Source of the DNA: an uncultured Clostridia bacterium
Lineage (GTDB): Bacteria > Bacillota > Clostridia > Christensenellales > CAG-314
Direction: 5' to 3'
Assembly: GCA_934230325.1 (NCBI GenBank)
Contig: CAKQEP010000002.1
Coordinates: forward strand, 3,797-67,796
Length of the DNA: 64,000 nucleotides
In this document: positions 35,847 to 46,005 of the stretch, in pieces
Layout: every line of letters begins with the position of its first letter
Position numbering within the stretch: the stretch's first letter is position 1
Program-made: the position numbers and the translations under genes
Notes under the pieces: model-generated
Told to the model about the DNA's origin: nothing
Database searches by the model: none
The model's input: the letters and a program-made list of their open reading frames with translations, nothing else

Positions 35847-36937
35847 ATTTCTCCGTAACAAAACGGTCCGTCGCAAGCCGTTTTGTCATCCTCGTCAAAA
35901 GTTTTTTTCGCCATAACGTTTAGCGTTTTGAGTAGCCTTAAAATATCTTTTTTTGCGTCGAAATAACTTAAATAACACAACACTTTGCTACCCGAAAACA
36001 TCTCGCAAAAAACGTTTCTGTCCGCCAAATATTGCCAAGCCGTTTTGCCGCTGATTTTCAATCCGCAAAAATCCAAAGTGAGTTTTGTAAAATCGTCGTA
36101 GTACAAAGCGGATATTTTTTTGTCGAGATTTTTTATCAGATATTCAACGTCGTCGTACAGCCTGTCCAAATTTTTTTGCGCGATTTTTGCCGCAAGGTTT
36201 CTTGCCGCGTCGATACTTGCCATCAGCGGATAAGACGGACTCGTCGTGCTTAAAAGATTGATATTTTGTTTTAATCGCTTAAACAGCGCGTCGTCGTTTG
36301 ACATCACGACAGCCGTTTGAGTCATTGCCCCCAGCGTTTTGTGCGTGCTTACGACGCAAGCGTCGCAAAAACCTACTGCGGAAGGCGGCAATTTTTTGCT
36401 CAAGCCAAAGTGCGCTCCGTGCGCGGCGTCGACAAACAGAGTTCCGCCTACGTCCTTTACCGCCTTAAAAACGGCGGGCAAATCGCATACCTTGCCAAAG
36501 TAGTCGGGATACACCGCCAAGACGGTTTTTATGCCGTCGGACTGATAGGCTTTTTTAATTTGTTGCGGGGTAAGATTGTCGCAAAGGAATACTTCACTTC
36601 CAAACAATTTTGCGCCGCGCTCGACGGAAATATGGTAGTCGTCGGTCAAAATTTTTCCGCCGCTCAAGCTCAAAAAAGCCATCACGCCCTGACTGCTTCC
36701 GTTTGTGGTAAACACGGCGTTTTTTGCGCCAAACAGGTCGGCAAATTTTTGTTGCGCCGCTTTTATCACGCCTTGCGGATTGTCGAGATTGTCGTCAAAA
36801 CCCAACTCCGTAATATCAAAATCGGTACAAAAATCAAAATCGAGCCTGCCTTTGTGCGCCGGCATATGCAGTCGCAAAGGTTTTTTTGCGGCGTACTTTT
36901 TTAAACAATCGTACAGCGGAGCGTCGTCAAAAATCAA
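35843..36937 (-). CDS. Orn/Lys/Arg decarboxylase family PLP enzyme (YaaO-like), short form
   Basis: HMPAHKG and STHKTLGAMTQ motifs. Proposed TTG start at 36937 with GGAGG 5 nt upstream. The track start 37168 lies inside the glycerate kinase gene. Confidence 0.75.
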   Translation of the reverse strand: MIFDDAPLYDCLKKYAAKKPLRLHMPAHKGRLDFDFCTDFDITELGFDDNLDNPQGVIKAAQQKFADLFGAKNAVFTTNGSSQGVMAFLSLSGGKILTDDYHISVERGAKLFGSEVFLCDNLTPQQIKKAYQSDGIKTVLAVYPDYFGKVCDLPAVFKAVKDVGGTLFVDAAHGAHFGLSKKLPPSAVGFCDACVVSTHKTLGAMTQTAVVMSNDDALFKRLKQNINLLSTTSPSYPLMASIDAARNLAAKIAQKNLDRLYDDVEYLIKNLDKKISALYYDDFTKLTLDFCGLKISGKTAWQYLADRNVFCEMFSGSKVLCYLSYFDAKKDILRLLKTLNVMAKKTFDEDDKTACDGPFCYGEI

Positions 36938-38079
36938 AACAAACCTCCGTTTGCTCTTGCGTGTTTTATTTGCCAAAAACCTATTAGTTCGTCCATAAAC
37001 GCAGCAAGCGCAAGGCTTGTACTTTCGTGCGGGTTTTTGACGGAAATATCGTTGTTTAACGCAAATATAGCAGCAACGCCGTCGGCGGCAAGTCGAGCCC
37101 TGTCGACGTTGCCTATTTTGCCCACTATATCCACGACGGGAACGTTTTGACGTCTTGCGTAACGGCAAACGGCGTTTAATACGTTGCCGTAAACGCTGTT
37201 GACGTCCAAACTTCCTTCTCCCGTAAAAATAACGTCGGCGTCCTTGATAAGCCCACCGAAGTTAACTATATCCAACACCGTATCTATGCCGCGACTTATC
37301 GTTGCGTCAAAAAAGGTCATTGCGCCGAGTCCCAAGCCGAAAGACGCGCCCGTACCGGCGTATTCGCGGTAGTCCCTGCCAAAATTACGCTTTAAAAAAT
37401 CGCAAAAGGCGTTAAGACTGTTTTCCGCCGCTTGAACGTCTTCCGATTGCAAAATGTTTTTGTCGAGCAAGCGAGCGACAAGTCCGTTTTCTCCCGATAC
37501 GGGATAATTTTCTCCCGTCAACGCCACGACGTTTGTCATACTCAAATTTTTGCGCATCTGCGACAAATCTATCGTTACGACGTTGCCAAGTCGCAAAAAA
37601 TCAGGTACAAACTCTTTGTACGACGCGTCAAAAAACTTTGCGCCCAGTGCCGCCGCCATTCCGCAACCGCAATCGGCAAGTACGTTTTGTCCCAAACACA
37701 AAATAATTCTCGATACGTTAAAACGTAAAGCCTGCATGACGAGTTGCCCCACGCCGTAACTGCTTGCGCCGTATTTGCCCCGCGTACCGCAGTAAACCGA
37801 CATCAACTGACTCGTTTCTATCACTGCGGTGTTTTCGTACACCATAAAATAGCACTTTGTCATCTGCATATCGGCGTTTAATGCGTTTACAAAAATCTTT
37901 TTGCCTTCCTTACAACACAAAAAAGCGTCGATACTGCCCGCGCCGCCGTCGGCAACGGGTACTTTGACTATTTCGCAAAAAGGGTAGTATTTGTTTATGC
38001 GATACGCCATTATATCGCATACTTCCTTTGCGCTCAACACTCCTTTAAAGGAGTCGGGTGCTAATACCGCTTTTTGCAT
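36934..38079 (-). CDS. glxK: Glycerate kinase
   Basis: MQKAVLAPDSFKGVLSA...PVADGGAGS motifs. ATG 38079 with AGGAGA RBS. Confidence 0.85.
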   Translation of the reverse strand: MQKAVLAPDSFKGVLSAKEVCDIMAYRINKYYPFCEIVKVPVADGGAGSIDAFLCCKEGKKIFVNALNADMQMTKCYFMVYENTAVIETSQLMSVYCGTRGKYGASSYGVGQLVMQALRFNVSRIILCLGQNVLADCGCGMAAALGAKFFDASYKEFVPDFLRLGNVVTIDLSQMRKNLSMTNVVALTGENYPVSGENGLVARLLDKNILQSEDVQAAENSLNAFCDFLKRNFGRDYREYAGTGASFGLGLGAMTFFDATISRGIDTVLDIVNFGGLIKDADVIFTGEGSLDVNSVYGNVLNAVCRYARRQNVPVVDIVGKIGNVDRARLAADGVAAIFALNNDISVKNPHESTSLALAAFMDELIGFWQIKHARANGGLF

Positions 38080-38099
38080 ATTTTCTCCTTTTTTTGCCG

Positions 38100-39131
38100 T
38101 CATACCGTGACGGTAACTTTTTTTAATCCTCTCGGGTTGTCGGGGTTTATCCCTTTGAGTTGGCTCAATTTGCAAGCAAACAATTGCCCCGCTACCACGC
38201 CCGCAAACGGAGCGTAAACCTCTTCCGTTTTGGGCAACAAAACAAAATCGTCGGCGTTTGCGGCAAAAACGGCGTCGTCTGCAAAAACTACGAGTTTGCT
38301 GCCCGTATCCTTTATTTTTTGTATCATTTCAAGGTAGCCGTCTTTGTTGGCGCCGCTGTCCGCAAAAAGAATAACGGTACAAGTTTTGTCCAACACCGCC
38401 AGCGGTCCGTGCTGAAACTCGCTCATAGGGTAAACGGAAGCGTTTACGTAACACGTTTCCTTCAACTTTAAACCGATTTCCGCCGCCGTGACAAATCCGA
38501 TTCCGCGTGACAGCACAAACACCTTAGAGTCCGTATCTACGTATTTTGCCGCTAACGCGTCTATATGTTTTTGAGTTTTTAACGCGGCGTTTATCAGTTG
38601 CGGCAAACTCGTTTCTTCCTTGAGTACGCCTTTGTCAAACGCCTCGACAAACATACTAAAAAAGGTCATTTGAGCGATAAACGTTTTGGTCGCCGCAACG
38701 GATTTTTCTTCGCCGGCATTAAGATAAAAATGCTCAAAATCCCTTGCCAAAGGACTTTTTGGCGTGTTTGTGACGGAAAAAGTTTTTGCGCCGCTTTCCT
38801 TTGCGCGCGTCATAAGGTCGTATATGTCCTGTGCCTTTCCGCTTTGAGAAACGGCAAATACCGCATAATTTTTTAGGTTGATTTTTGCGCCGTATTTGGA
38901 TACGACAGACGGATTTAAAAAGGTTACGGGGATACCGAGCCTAATTTCCGACAAGTACTTAAAGTATTGACACGCGTTTAAACTGCTACCGCGCGCCGCA
39001 ACGGCAAACCCCGCTATTTTTTCCTTTTTTAAACTCGCCGCAACCTTTTCCGTTTTGGATTTTAATGCGTCGTAAGCGGATTTGACTGCCTGCGGCTCAA
39101 AATATACGTCCCGTGACATCAACGTTTGCAT
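38100..39131 (-). CDS. Double-SIS-domain sugar-phosphate isomerase/deglycase-like protein (GlmS C-terminal / AgaS / FrlB type)
   Basis: 343 aa. SQSGKAQD SIS motif. AGGAGGG RBS. Confidence 0.75.
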   Translation of the reverse strand: MQTLMSRDVYFEPQAVKSAYDALKSKTEKVAASLKKEKIAGFAVAARGSSLNACQYFKYLSEIRLGIPVTFLNPSVVSKYGAKINLKNYAVFAVSQSGKAQDIYDLMTRAKESGAKTFSVTNTPKSPLARDFEHFYLNAGEEKSVAATKTFIAQMTFFSMFVEAFDKGVLKEETSLPQLINAALKTQKHIDALAAKYVDTDSKVFVLSRGIGFVTAAEIGLKLKETCYVNASVYPMSEFQHGPLAVLDKTCTVILFADSGANKDGYLEMIQKIKDTGSKLVVFADDAVFAANADDFVLLPKTEEVYAPFAGVVAGQLFACKLSQLKGINPDNPRGLKKVTVTV

Positions 39132-39184
39132 AAATATTACCCTCCTGTTTTGGATAATATATTATGCAAAAAAACGCCTATTGT

Positions 39185-39868
39185 TTACTCGGACAATTCT
39201 TTAAAAAACAACTCGAATACTTTCCCGCAATTTGCCGCCGCTTTTGCCAAGTTGTCCCTAAAAACGGTCAACCCTCTTTTTGCGGGCGTATCCGTCACCG
39301 TGCGAAAAGCAATAAAAGGCTTGTCGTTTAGCGCGCACGCCTGCGCCGCCGCCGCCGTTTCCATATCCACAGACAGCGGGTTTAGTTTTTGTTTGATTTG
39401 CTCGCGGTTGTCGTCCTCGATAAAAGCCTCTCCGGTGACGTTCAATCCGTAAAAAACTTTAAAATCAAGGTTTTTTAAGGCTTTTTGCGCCGTTTTAAGC
39501 AATTTGTCGTCCGCTTTAAACACTGCGGAAGGGTAATAAGGATTGTTTTTTGTCAACATTTCTTCTTCTACGTCGTGGTGACAAACCGACGAGCATACGA
39601 CTGCGTCCCCTATATCGAGAGCGTCGGAGATTGCTCCGCATACGCCAAACAACGTCACTGCGTCGGGATTAAATCTGTCGATAAGCATTTGCGCGGCGCA
39701 TGCGGCGTTGACTTTGCAAATACCGCACACGACGGCTACGATTTCCTTATCGTCAAAACGACACTCGAACCACTCGAGATGATTGTATGTGTAATTTTTT
39801 ATGTCGCTCGTATACTTAAGCAAAGGAGAAAGTTCTTCCAAAGAAGGAGATATAAGACCTATTTTCAT
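39185..39868 (-). CDS. mtnN: 5'-methylthioadenosine/S-adenosylhomocysteine nucleosidase
   Basis: GICKVNAA, VDMETAA, FRTVTD motifs (PNP_UDP_1 fold). Confidence 0.8.
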   Translation of the reverse strand: MKIGLISPSLEELSPLLKYTSDIKNYTYNHLEWFECRFDDKEIVAVVCGICKVNAACAAQMLIDRFNPDAVTLFGVCGAISDALDIGDAVVCSSVCHHDVEEEMLTKNNPYYPSAVFKADDKLLKTAQKALKNLDFKVFYGLNVTGEAFIEDDNREQIKQKLNPLSVDMETAAAAQACALNDKPFIAFRTVTDTPAKRGLTVFRDNLAKAAANCGKVFELFFKELSE

Positions 39869-40032
39869 TTTTGTAGTTCCGTTAAGGTTGTATTATTTTA
39901 TTATTATACCGCTTTAAACCCGTTTTGTCAATCCGTCGTAAAAATAAAACCGTATTCGACGGCGTTGTCGTCCGCAAAAGTTTGATGCTTTTTTAAAGAC
40001 GTTTTACCGACGGATACGGTTTTTAAATTTTT

Positions 40033-41427
40033 TTACTTGATTTTGTTTGCGATATACTCGGCTATTCCCTTTGCCGCAATTTTTCCTGCGTCCATCGCAA
40101 GAATAACCGTCGCAGGTCCCGTTACCGCGTCGCCGCCTGCAAATACGCCTACTCTCGAAGTCATTCCGTTTTTGTCGATAATAAGGTTGCCCTTTCTATC
40201 GGTTTGCAAGCCGTAAGTAGAACCCGTCACGACGTTGCTTGCGGACGTGCCTATCGACATTATCACGCAATCCACGTCCAACAAAAAGTTGCTGTCGGGC
40301 TTTACGACGGGGCTTCTGCGGCCGCTTTCGTCCGGCTCGCCCAAAGTCATTTCTACACATTCGATGGCTTTGACAAAAAAGTTGCCGTCGTCAAGTATCT
40401 TGACGGGGTTTGTGAGAAGTTTAAACTCTATGCCTTCTTCTTCTGCGTGTATTACTTCTTCGTAGCGGGAAGGCAATTCCGCCATACTTCTGCGGTAAAT
40501 TATGTACACTTTTTCCGCGCCGAACCTTACCGCGCACCGCGCCGCGTCCATAGCGACGTTGCCGCCGCCTACAACGGCGTATCTTTTTGCGTGAAGAACG
40601 GGCGTGTCGCAGTTTTCGTCAAAAGCGTTCATAAGGTTTACTCTCATCAAAAACTCGTTTGCAGAGTATACGCCGTTGAGATTTTCCCCTTCGATACCCA
40701 TAAAACGAGGTTGCGCAGAACCGTTGGCTACAAACACAGCCTCAAACCCGTCGGCAAACAAATCGTCTATCGTGACCGTTTTGCCTATTACGGCGTTGGT
40801 CACTATCTTTACGCCCAAATCGTTAAGTCGTTTGATTTCGTGTTGTACGACGTCGATAGGCAAAATAAACTCCGGTATTCCGTAAGACAATATGCCGCCC
40901 GCTTTGTGCAACGCTTCAAATATAGTAACTTCAAACCCTTGCTTGGCAAGATCGCCCGCGCAAGTCAATCCCGCAGGACCGCTACCCGCAACGGCAACTT
41001 TGTGACCGTTGCTTTGCGGCTTTTTGACAGGCTCGTCGTAATGCTCTCTGTAATAGTCCGCAACAAACCTTTCCAACCTGCCGATGCTGACAGGCTCTCC
41101 TTTAATCCCTCTGACGCAATGCATTTCGCATTGTTTTTCCTGCGGGCATACCCTGCCGCAAATAGCGGGAAGATTTGTCGTGCGACTCAAAATCTCGTAC
41201 GCTTTGGGTATGTTGCCCAACCTTATCTGCTCGATAAAAGCAGGTATGTCGTTGTGAACGGGACAGCCGAGTATGGCGCACGGCTTATTTTTGCAATTAA
41301 GACAACGATTTGCTTCCTTTTGCGCCGTTTCGAGGTCAAAACCAAAATCGACTTCTTTAAAGTTTTTTACTCTTTCTTGAGGGGGTTGACATGGCGCGGG
41401 GTACTTTTTTAAAGATAAATCAGCCAT
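40033..41427 (-). CDS. nfnB: GltD-like NADPH-dependent FAD/FeS oxidoreductase, NfnB/SudA type
   Basis: ATG 41427 with AGGAGG RBS. CLNCKNKPC...GCPV FeS motifs. Two Rossmann GxGxxG motifs (VAGSGPAG, VVGGGNVAMD). Confidence 0.75.
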   Translation of the reverse strand: MADLSLKKYPAPCQPPQERVKNFKEVDFGFDLETAQKEANRCLNCKNKPCAILGCPVHNDIPAFIEQIRLGNIPKAYEILSRTTNLPAICGRVCPQEKQCEMHCVRGIKGEPVSIGRLERFVADYYREHYDEPVKKPQSNGHKVAVAGSGPAGLTCAGDLAKQGFEVTIFEALHKAGGILSYGIPEFILPIDVVQHEIKRLNDLGVKIVTNAVIGKTVTIDDLFADGFEAVFVANGSAQPRFMGIEGENLNGVYSANEFLMRVNLMNAFDENCDTPVLHAKRYAVVGGGNVAMDAARCAVRFGAEKVYIIYRRSMAELPSRYEEVIHAEEEGIEFKLLTNPVKILDDGNFFVKAIECVEMTLGEPDESGRRSPVVKPDSNFLLDVDCVIMSIGTSASNVVTGSTYGLQTDRKGNLIIDKNGMTSRVGVFAGGDAVTGPATVILAMDAGKIAAKGIAEYIANKIK

Positions 41428-42268
41428 TTTGCGCCTCCTTTTTAAACAAATTGCAGGCTTTTTGATATGCTTTACGTTCCTGCTCGGCATAAATCTTGTT
41501 GCGCTGTATCGCTTCCTCAAAGTCAACGGTAAATCCGTCAAAATCAGGACCGTCAATACACGCAAACTTTACTTGACCGTTAACCGTCAATCTGCAACCG
41601 CCGCACATTCCCGTACCGTCAAGCATAATGGGAGCCATACTCACTATCGTCTTTATGCCGTACTTTTTGGTGAGGTCGCAAACGTTTTTCATCATAACTA
41701 TATGACCGAAATCTATTACTTGGTCGTATACGTTGCCGTCGTCAATAAATTTTTGCAATGCGTCGGTCACAACGCCTTTTTGCCCCGCGCTACCATCGTC
41801 GGTAAGCAAAACAAAATTGTCGCTGACGGCTTTAAACTGCTCCGCCAAAATCACGTCTTCGGCAGTTTTGAATCCTATCGCAGTATCCACTACGCAACCC
41901 GCATTGTGAAGTTCTTTTGCAAAAATGTAAGCTGACGCGCAACCGTTGTCGCCGCCTATGACGGCAACCTTTTTTAAACCGTCAATGGGTATCGAGCGCC
42001 CCAACGGACCCACTACGTCCATGAGTTTGTCGCCCTTGACGAGCCTGTCCAAACGCATCGTGCCTGCGCCCACCGTCTTGTAAATTATCGTCACCGTCTG
42101 CTTTTGGCGGTCAAAATCCGTAATGGTAAAGGGCAATCTCTCACCCTCTTTGTCTGCGCGCAAAATGACGAATTGCCCCGCCGTCGCTTTTTTGGATATC
42201 CACGGAGCGTAAATTTCCAGCAAAGCCGTTTTTTTGTTTAACTGACGCTTGTCTACTATGTTAAACAT
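41420..42268 (-). CDS. nfnA: PyrK-like FAD / 2Fe-2S subunit, NfnA/SudB type
   Basis: 282 aa. C-terminal CGGC...C cluster. Overlaps the nfnB start. Confidence 0.75.
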   Translation of the reverse strand: MFNIVDKRQLNKKTALLEIYAPWISKKATAGQFVILRADKEGERLPFTITDFDRQKQTVTIIYKTVGAGTMRLDRLVKGDKLMDVVGPLGRSIPIDGLKKVAVIGGDNGCASAYIFAKELHNAGCVVDTAIGFKTAEDVILAEQFKAVSDNFVLLTDDGSAGQKGVVTDALQKFIDDGNVYDQVIDFGHIVMMKNVCDLTKKYGIKTIVSMAPIMLDGTGMCGGCRLTVNGQVKFACIDGPDFDGFTVDFEEAIQRNKIYAEQERKAYQKACNLFKKEAQNG

Positions 42269-42401
42269 GTTTCCTCCAAAGTTTGATTTTTTTGTTTTGA
42301 TTTTTTATATTTTTTGCTCGCTGACCGTCGATTTGCCCGACAGCGAGTCGTTTACCCTTTTAGTTTGTTTTTTTAAGGTCTTTTAGGTTTGTTTTATATC
42401 T

Positions 42402-42848
42402 TTACACGTCGTACCAAATAGTCGTAGGTCCGTCGTTGTCCTGACTTATTAACATGTCCGCGCCAAATATTCCGCGTTTGACCGCAACGCCGAAACTGCC
42501 AAGTTTGTCGCAAAAACTCGCATACGTATCTTTCGCTTTTGTCTGTTCCATAGCCATAGTAAAACCCGGTCGGTTGCCGTGCGACACGTCGCCGCACAAC
42601 GTGAATTGCGACACAGACAAAATTTGTCCCTTTACGTCAATGACGGACAGATTCATTTTGCCGTCGGCGTCTTCAAAAATACGAAGATTTGCTATCTTTT
42701 TGGCAAGATAATCGATTTTTTTGTCTACGTCGTCGATATCTTTTTGCTCGGCGCAAAAAAAGACTACCAAACCGTACCCTATACTGCTGACATTTTTGCC
42801 GTCAACGGACAAATCGGCTCTTTTTACTCTTTGAACTACCGCTTTCAT
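42402..42848 (-). CDS. dtd: D-aminoacyl-tRNA deacylase
   Basis: MKAVVQRV...SQFTL...GNRPGF motifs. Confidence 0.9.
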   Translation of the reverse strand: MKAVVQRVKRADLSVDGKNVSSIGYGLVVFFCAEQKDIDDVDKKIDYLAKKIANLRIFEDADGKMNLSVIDVKGQILSVSQFTLCGDVSHGNRPGFTMAMEQTKAKDTYASFCDKLGSFGVAVKRGIFGADMLISQDNDGPTTIWYDV

Positions 42849-42856
42849 ACCCAACT

Positions 42857-42885
42857 ATGTTACCACAAAAAATAATTAAAGACAA
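42857..42885 (-). promoter_or_regulatory. Candidate promoter TTGTCT-17-(TGg)TAACAT, 8 nt before the dtd ATG
   Basis: Minus-strand TTGTCT at 42885-42880 and TAACAT at 42862-42857. Only a weak GGG between it and the ATG. Confidence 0.4.
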
Positions 42886-43009
42886 CCTTTTTTATGCAAA
42901 TACTAAAACACGCTCCAAAAGCCGTGACCTTTGGGGCGCGTTTGCAACGTTTTTAACGTTTGTTGCGTTTGTTTTTGATATGTACGTATAGCGTTTGTCG
43001 TATCTTTGT

Positions 43010-43903
43010 TTAGATTTCTTTGATAAAATCCGCGATTATTTTAAGCGCTTCTTCCTTGCCCGTATCGTTTAGAATTTCGTGTCGGTTGTCGGGCAACAAA
43101 TGCATTTTTACCTTTTTTAAACCGAGTTGCTCGTACATTTTGCAAAGACGCTTTACGCCTCTGCCGTAATCGCCGACGGGGTCCTTGTCGCCGCTTATTA
43201 TCAACAAAGGCAAATCGGCGTTTACTTTGCTCAAATTTTCCTTTTTGTAAAGTTGTTTGAGTCCGTTGAAAAATCCTTTGTAAAAATTGTTGCTACACAC
43301 AAAATCACAGTATTTGTCGGCTGAATATCTCTCGCACTCGGCAACGATACTCGATACAAAAGTACCTTCCTTGCACTTTTTGTTGTAGGCGTCAAAACTC
43401 ATTTTTTTGATAAACTCCGCAGGCTTGTCGGGCTTTCCGTTTTTGGCAAAAATTCGCCCCGCCATGACGGGCAATCCGTCCATTTTGGAACTTCCGCACA
43501 AGATAACGCCGTCAAAAAGACGTTGATTTAGTCCGTCGTTGAGTTGGACGTATCTCTGCGCCAAAAAACTGCCGTAACTATGCGCAAAAATGACGTATTT
43601 TTTGTCTTGATACCGACCGCGATAAGTTTTGTTGATAAGCAACAAATCCTTTAACGTATCTCCCCATATATCGCCGTCGCAATATCCCAAAGTTTCTTCG
43701 TCCGTTCTGCCGTGCGCGCGGTGGTCGTCGGCAACAACCATAAATCCGAGCGAATTGAGATATTTTGCAAAAGCGTCGTATCTGCCGCAATGCTCCGCCA
43801 TCCCGTGAAAAATCTGCACGACTCCGACGGGATCGTCCACCGTCCACTCTCTGACAAAAATTTTTTTCCCGTCAAAAGACGGCATAAAATATTCGTTTAC
43901 CAT
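43010..43903 (-). CDS. Alpha/beta hydrolase (lysophospholipase / monoglyceride lipase-like)
   Basis: HGMAEH and AHSYGS nucleophile elbow. Confidence 0.8.
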   Translation of the reverse strand: MVNEYFMPSFDGKKIFVREWTVDDPVGVVQIFHGMAEHCGRYDAFAKYLNSLGFMVVADDHRAHGRTDEETLGYCDGDIWGDTLKDLLLINKTYRGRYQDKKYVIFAHSYGSFLAQRYVQLNDGLNQRLFDGVILCGSSKMDGLPVMAGRIFAKNGKPDKPAEFIKKMSFDAYNKKCKEGTFVSSIVAECERYSADKYCDFVCSNNFYKGFFNGLKQLYKKENLSKVNADLPLLIISGDKDPVGDYGRGVKRLCKMYEQLGLKKVKMHLLPDNRHEILNDTGKEEALKIIADFIKEI

Positions 43904-43971
43904 AGCCGTATCTCCTTGTATGGATTATACACCTTAACCGCCCAAAAAGCAATAACATAGTTTGATTTTTT

Positions 43972-44000
43972 GCAAAAGTCCGCTACAAAACGTAGCGGAC
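43972..44000 (-). terminator. Terminator downstream of the DivIVA-like gene
   Basis: GTCCGCTAC / GTAGCGGAC 9-bp stem followed by TTTTGC on the minus strand. Confidence 0.6.
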
Positions 44001-44058
44001 CAAAAAACTAAAAACCGCAAAAAATCTATTGCGATATTGTTTTGTTTAAAAAAGTTTT

Positions 44059-44529
44059 TTACTTCATCAAGCCCATTTCCTTACAAAGTTCCTCCAACGT
44101 GCTGTCTGTTGAATATACTTCGTCAAGGTCTATGAGCGGTTTTGACGCAACATCTTCTTCCGACGCGTCGTCTGCTTTTTGCGCTTCCGTTTCCGTCGGC
44201 AAATCCTCCGTTTTGGCGGTTTGTAACAAAGTTTCGTTTTGCTCAAAGTCTTGTTGTTTTTTGTCGTTACCCAGCAAAACTTGCGCTTCTTCTATCAAAA
44301 CAAGCGCTTTTTTGTCGTCGCGACTCTCTGCTTCAAACTCCGTTTTGAGCGCGTCAAGCATTTGTTTAAGCGCGGTTACTTTTTTTTCCAGCGCGTCGTA
44401 TTGCGCCGCCCTTTCCTTTGCGACGGAGAGTTCTTCTCTGTATTTTTTGAGTTGCGCGTCGGTTTTTTCTACGTACGCCGTCACTTCCGACGGGTCGAAC
44501 CCTTTAAAAACTTTTTTAAATTCCGCCAT
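44059..44529 (-). CDS. DivIVA-domain coiled-coil protein
   Basis: N-terminal FKGFDPSEVTAYV motif followed by coiled coil. Confidence 0.7.
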   Translation of the reverse strand: MAEFKKVFKGFDPSEVTAYVEKTDAQLKKYREELSVAKERAAQYDALEKKVTALKQMLDALKTEFEAESRDDKKALVLIEEAQVLLGNDKKQQDFEQNETLLQTAKTEDLPTETEAQKADDASEEDVASKPLIDLDEVYSTDSTLEELCKEMGLMK

Positions 44530-44547
44530 AAAAAAATCCCCCGAATA

Positions 44548-45987
44548 TTATTTGTGCGCTTTGCCCTGCTCGGTAAGCATTTTTTGTTTGAGTTGGTAAA
44601 GTTTGTCTGATAAATCCACTTTGTAAACTTGCGGCTTTTCTATGCGCTTGTATTCTTCCCAAAACTCGTCCAAACTTTCCTGTGTTTTTTTGCAAATATC
44701 TTTGAGAGGCGGACATTTGTAAACGAGTTTTCCTTTTGAAATAATCTCCTTGTAAAGCGGTTTTACCGTAAAGTTTTTTACTTCTTTGGTTTTCCAACGG
44801 TCTACGGGGTGCACGAGCGTAAACGGCTTGCTTTCGTCAATTTTTTCTCCCGCCAAACAAATAACGTCCGCCAAAGCCTTGCCCGTCGCATTGTTTATCA
44901 ATCGATAAATGCGTTTTTCTCCGGGATTTGTTATTTTTTCCGGATTGTCGCTTATTTTGATTTTTGGGTAAACTTTGCCATTGTCTATCATACAAGCAAG
45001 TTTGTACACGCCGCCTAAACTCGGATTTGTGAAACTCGTGATTAGTTTTGTCCCTATACCGTACAAATCAATCTTTGCGCCCTGCAAATTGAGAGAAGTG
45101 ACGGTGTACTCGTCAAGGTCGCCGCCCGCAAAAACTTTGGCGTCGGGAAAACCGGCTTCGTCCAACATTTCTCTCGCTTTTTTGCTCAAATATGCAAGGT
45201 CGCCGCTATCAAGCCTTATCCCGACGGGTTTAAGCCCCTTTTGGCGCATCTCTTTAAATACGGTTATGGCGTTGGGCAAGCCCGACTTGAGCGTGTCGTA
45301 AGTGTCTACGAGCAACAAACAACTTTTGGGATACATTTCTGCATACGCGCGGAAAGCGTCCAACTCGGAGTCGAAAGACATTATCCAACTGTGAGCGTGC
45401 GTCCCTTTGGGTACGGCGTCAAACATCTGCGCGGCAAGCACGTTGCTCGTACTTGCGCAACCGCCTATTATCGCCGCTCTCGCTCCGTAAATTGCCGCGT
45501 CGGGGGCTTGGGCGCGACGTAAACCGAATTCTATGACCTGACTCGGCGCGGCGGCGCGGGTTATTCTTGCGGCTTTTGTAGCGATAAGCGTCTGAAAATT
45601 TATTATGTTTAGCAACGCCGACTCCACCAACTGCGCCTCCATAATGGGCGCTTTGACGATAAGTAGCGGTTCGTAAGGAAACACTACCGTGCCTTCTTCC
45701 ACTGCGTAAATATCGCCCGTAAACCGAAAGTTTTTGAGATATTGCAAAAATTCTTCGCAAAAATCGCCAGTAGTACGGAGATAGTTTATCTCCTCGTCGC
45801 CAAAATGTAGGTTTTGTATGTATTCTATCGCCTGTTGAAGACCTGCGGCTATGCAGTAATTGCTCTCCGCATTAGCGCGAAAAAACAAATCGAATACGGC
45901 TATTTTGTTTGTCATTCCTTTACGAAAATAACCGTTCATCATCGTGAGTTCGTAGTAATCGGTCAACAAAGTAAGATTTCTTTCCAT
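44548..45987 (-). CDS. pncB: Nicotinate phosphoribosyltransferase
   Basis: LLTDYYELTM, GTHAHSW motifs. 479 aa. Confidence 0.9.
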   Translation of the reverse strand: MERNLTLLTDYYELTMMNGYFRKGMTNKIAVFDLFFRANAESNYCIAAGLQQAIEYIQNLHFGDEEINYLRTTGDFCEEFLQYLKNFRFTGDIYAVEEGTVVFPYEPLLIVKAPIMEAQLVESALLNIINFQTLIATKAARITRAAAPSQVIEFGLRRAQAPDAAIYGARAAIIGGCASTSNVLAAQMFDAVPKGTHAHSWIMSFDSELDAFRAYAEMYPKSCLLLVDTYDTLKSGLPNAITVFKEMRQKGLKPVGIRLDSGDLAYLSKKAREMLDEAGFPDAKVFAGGDLDEYTVTSLNLQGAKIDLYGIGTKLITSFTNPSLGGVYKLACMIDNGKVYPKIKISDNPEKITNPGEKRIYRLINNATGKALADVICLAGEKIDESKPFTLVHPVDRWKTKEVKNFTVKPLYKEIISKGKLVYKCPPLKDICKKTQESLDEFWEEYKRIEKPQVYKVDLSDKLYQLKQKMLTEQGKAHK

Positions 45988-46005
45988 TTTTTTTGCTCCG
46001 TTAAG

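Noticed and set aside
36938-37168. N-terminal 77-aa extension of the decarboxylase ORF (track start 37168)
   Set aside because: The extension is Arg/Cys-rich junk lying inside the glycerate kinase gene. A TTG with GGAGG at 36937 fits the family N-terminus (..PLYDCLKKY..).
40204-41412. 402-aa plus-strand ORF
   Set aside because: It is antisense to the GltD/NfnB-like gene.
41428-41565. N-terminal extension of nfnB. Similar extensions occur at 47818-47925 (Gx protein), 19211-19321 (pyrC) and 4250-4381 (SDR).
   Set aside because: Each has an internal ATG with a strong Shine-Dalgarno sequence that matches the family N-terminus. The extensions overlap upstream genes or leaders.
42320-42352. Hairpin CTCGCTG...CAGCGAG between dtd and nfnA as a terminator
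   Set aside because: No U-tract follows it in the minus-strand (transcribed) orientation. Its function is undetermined.
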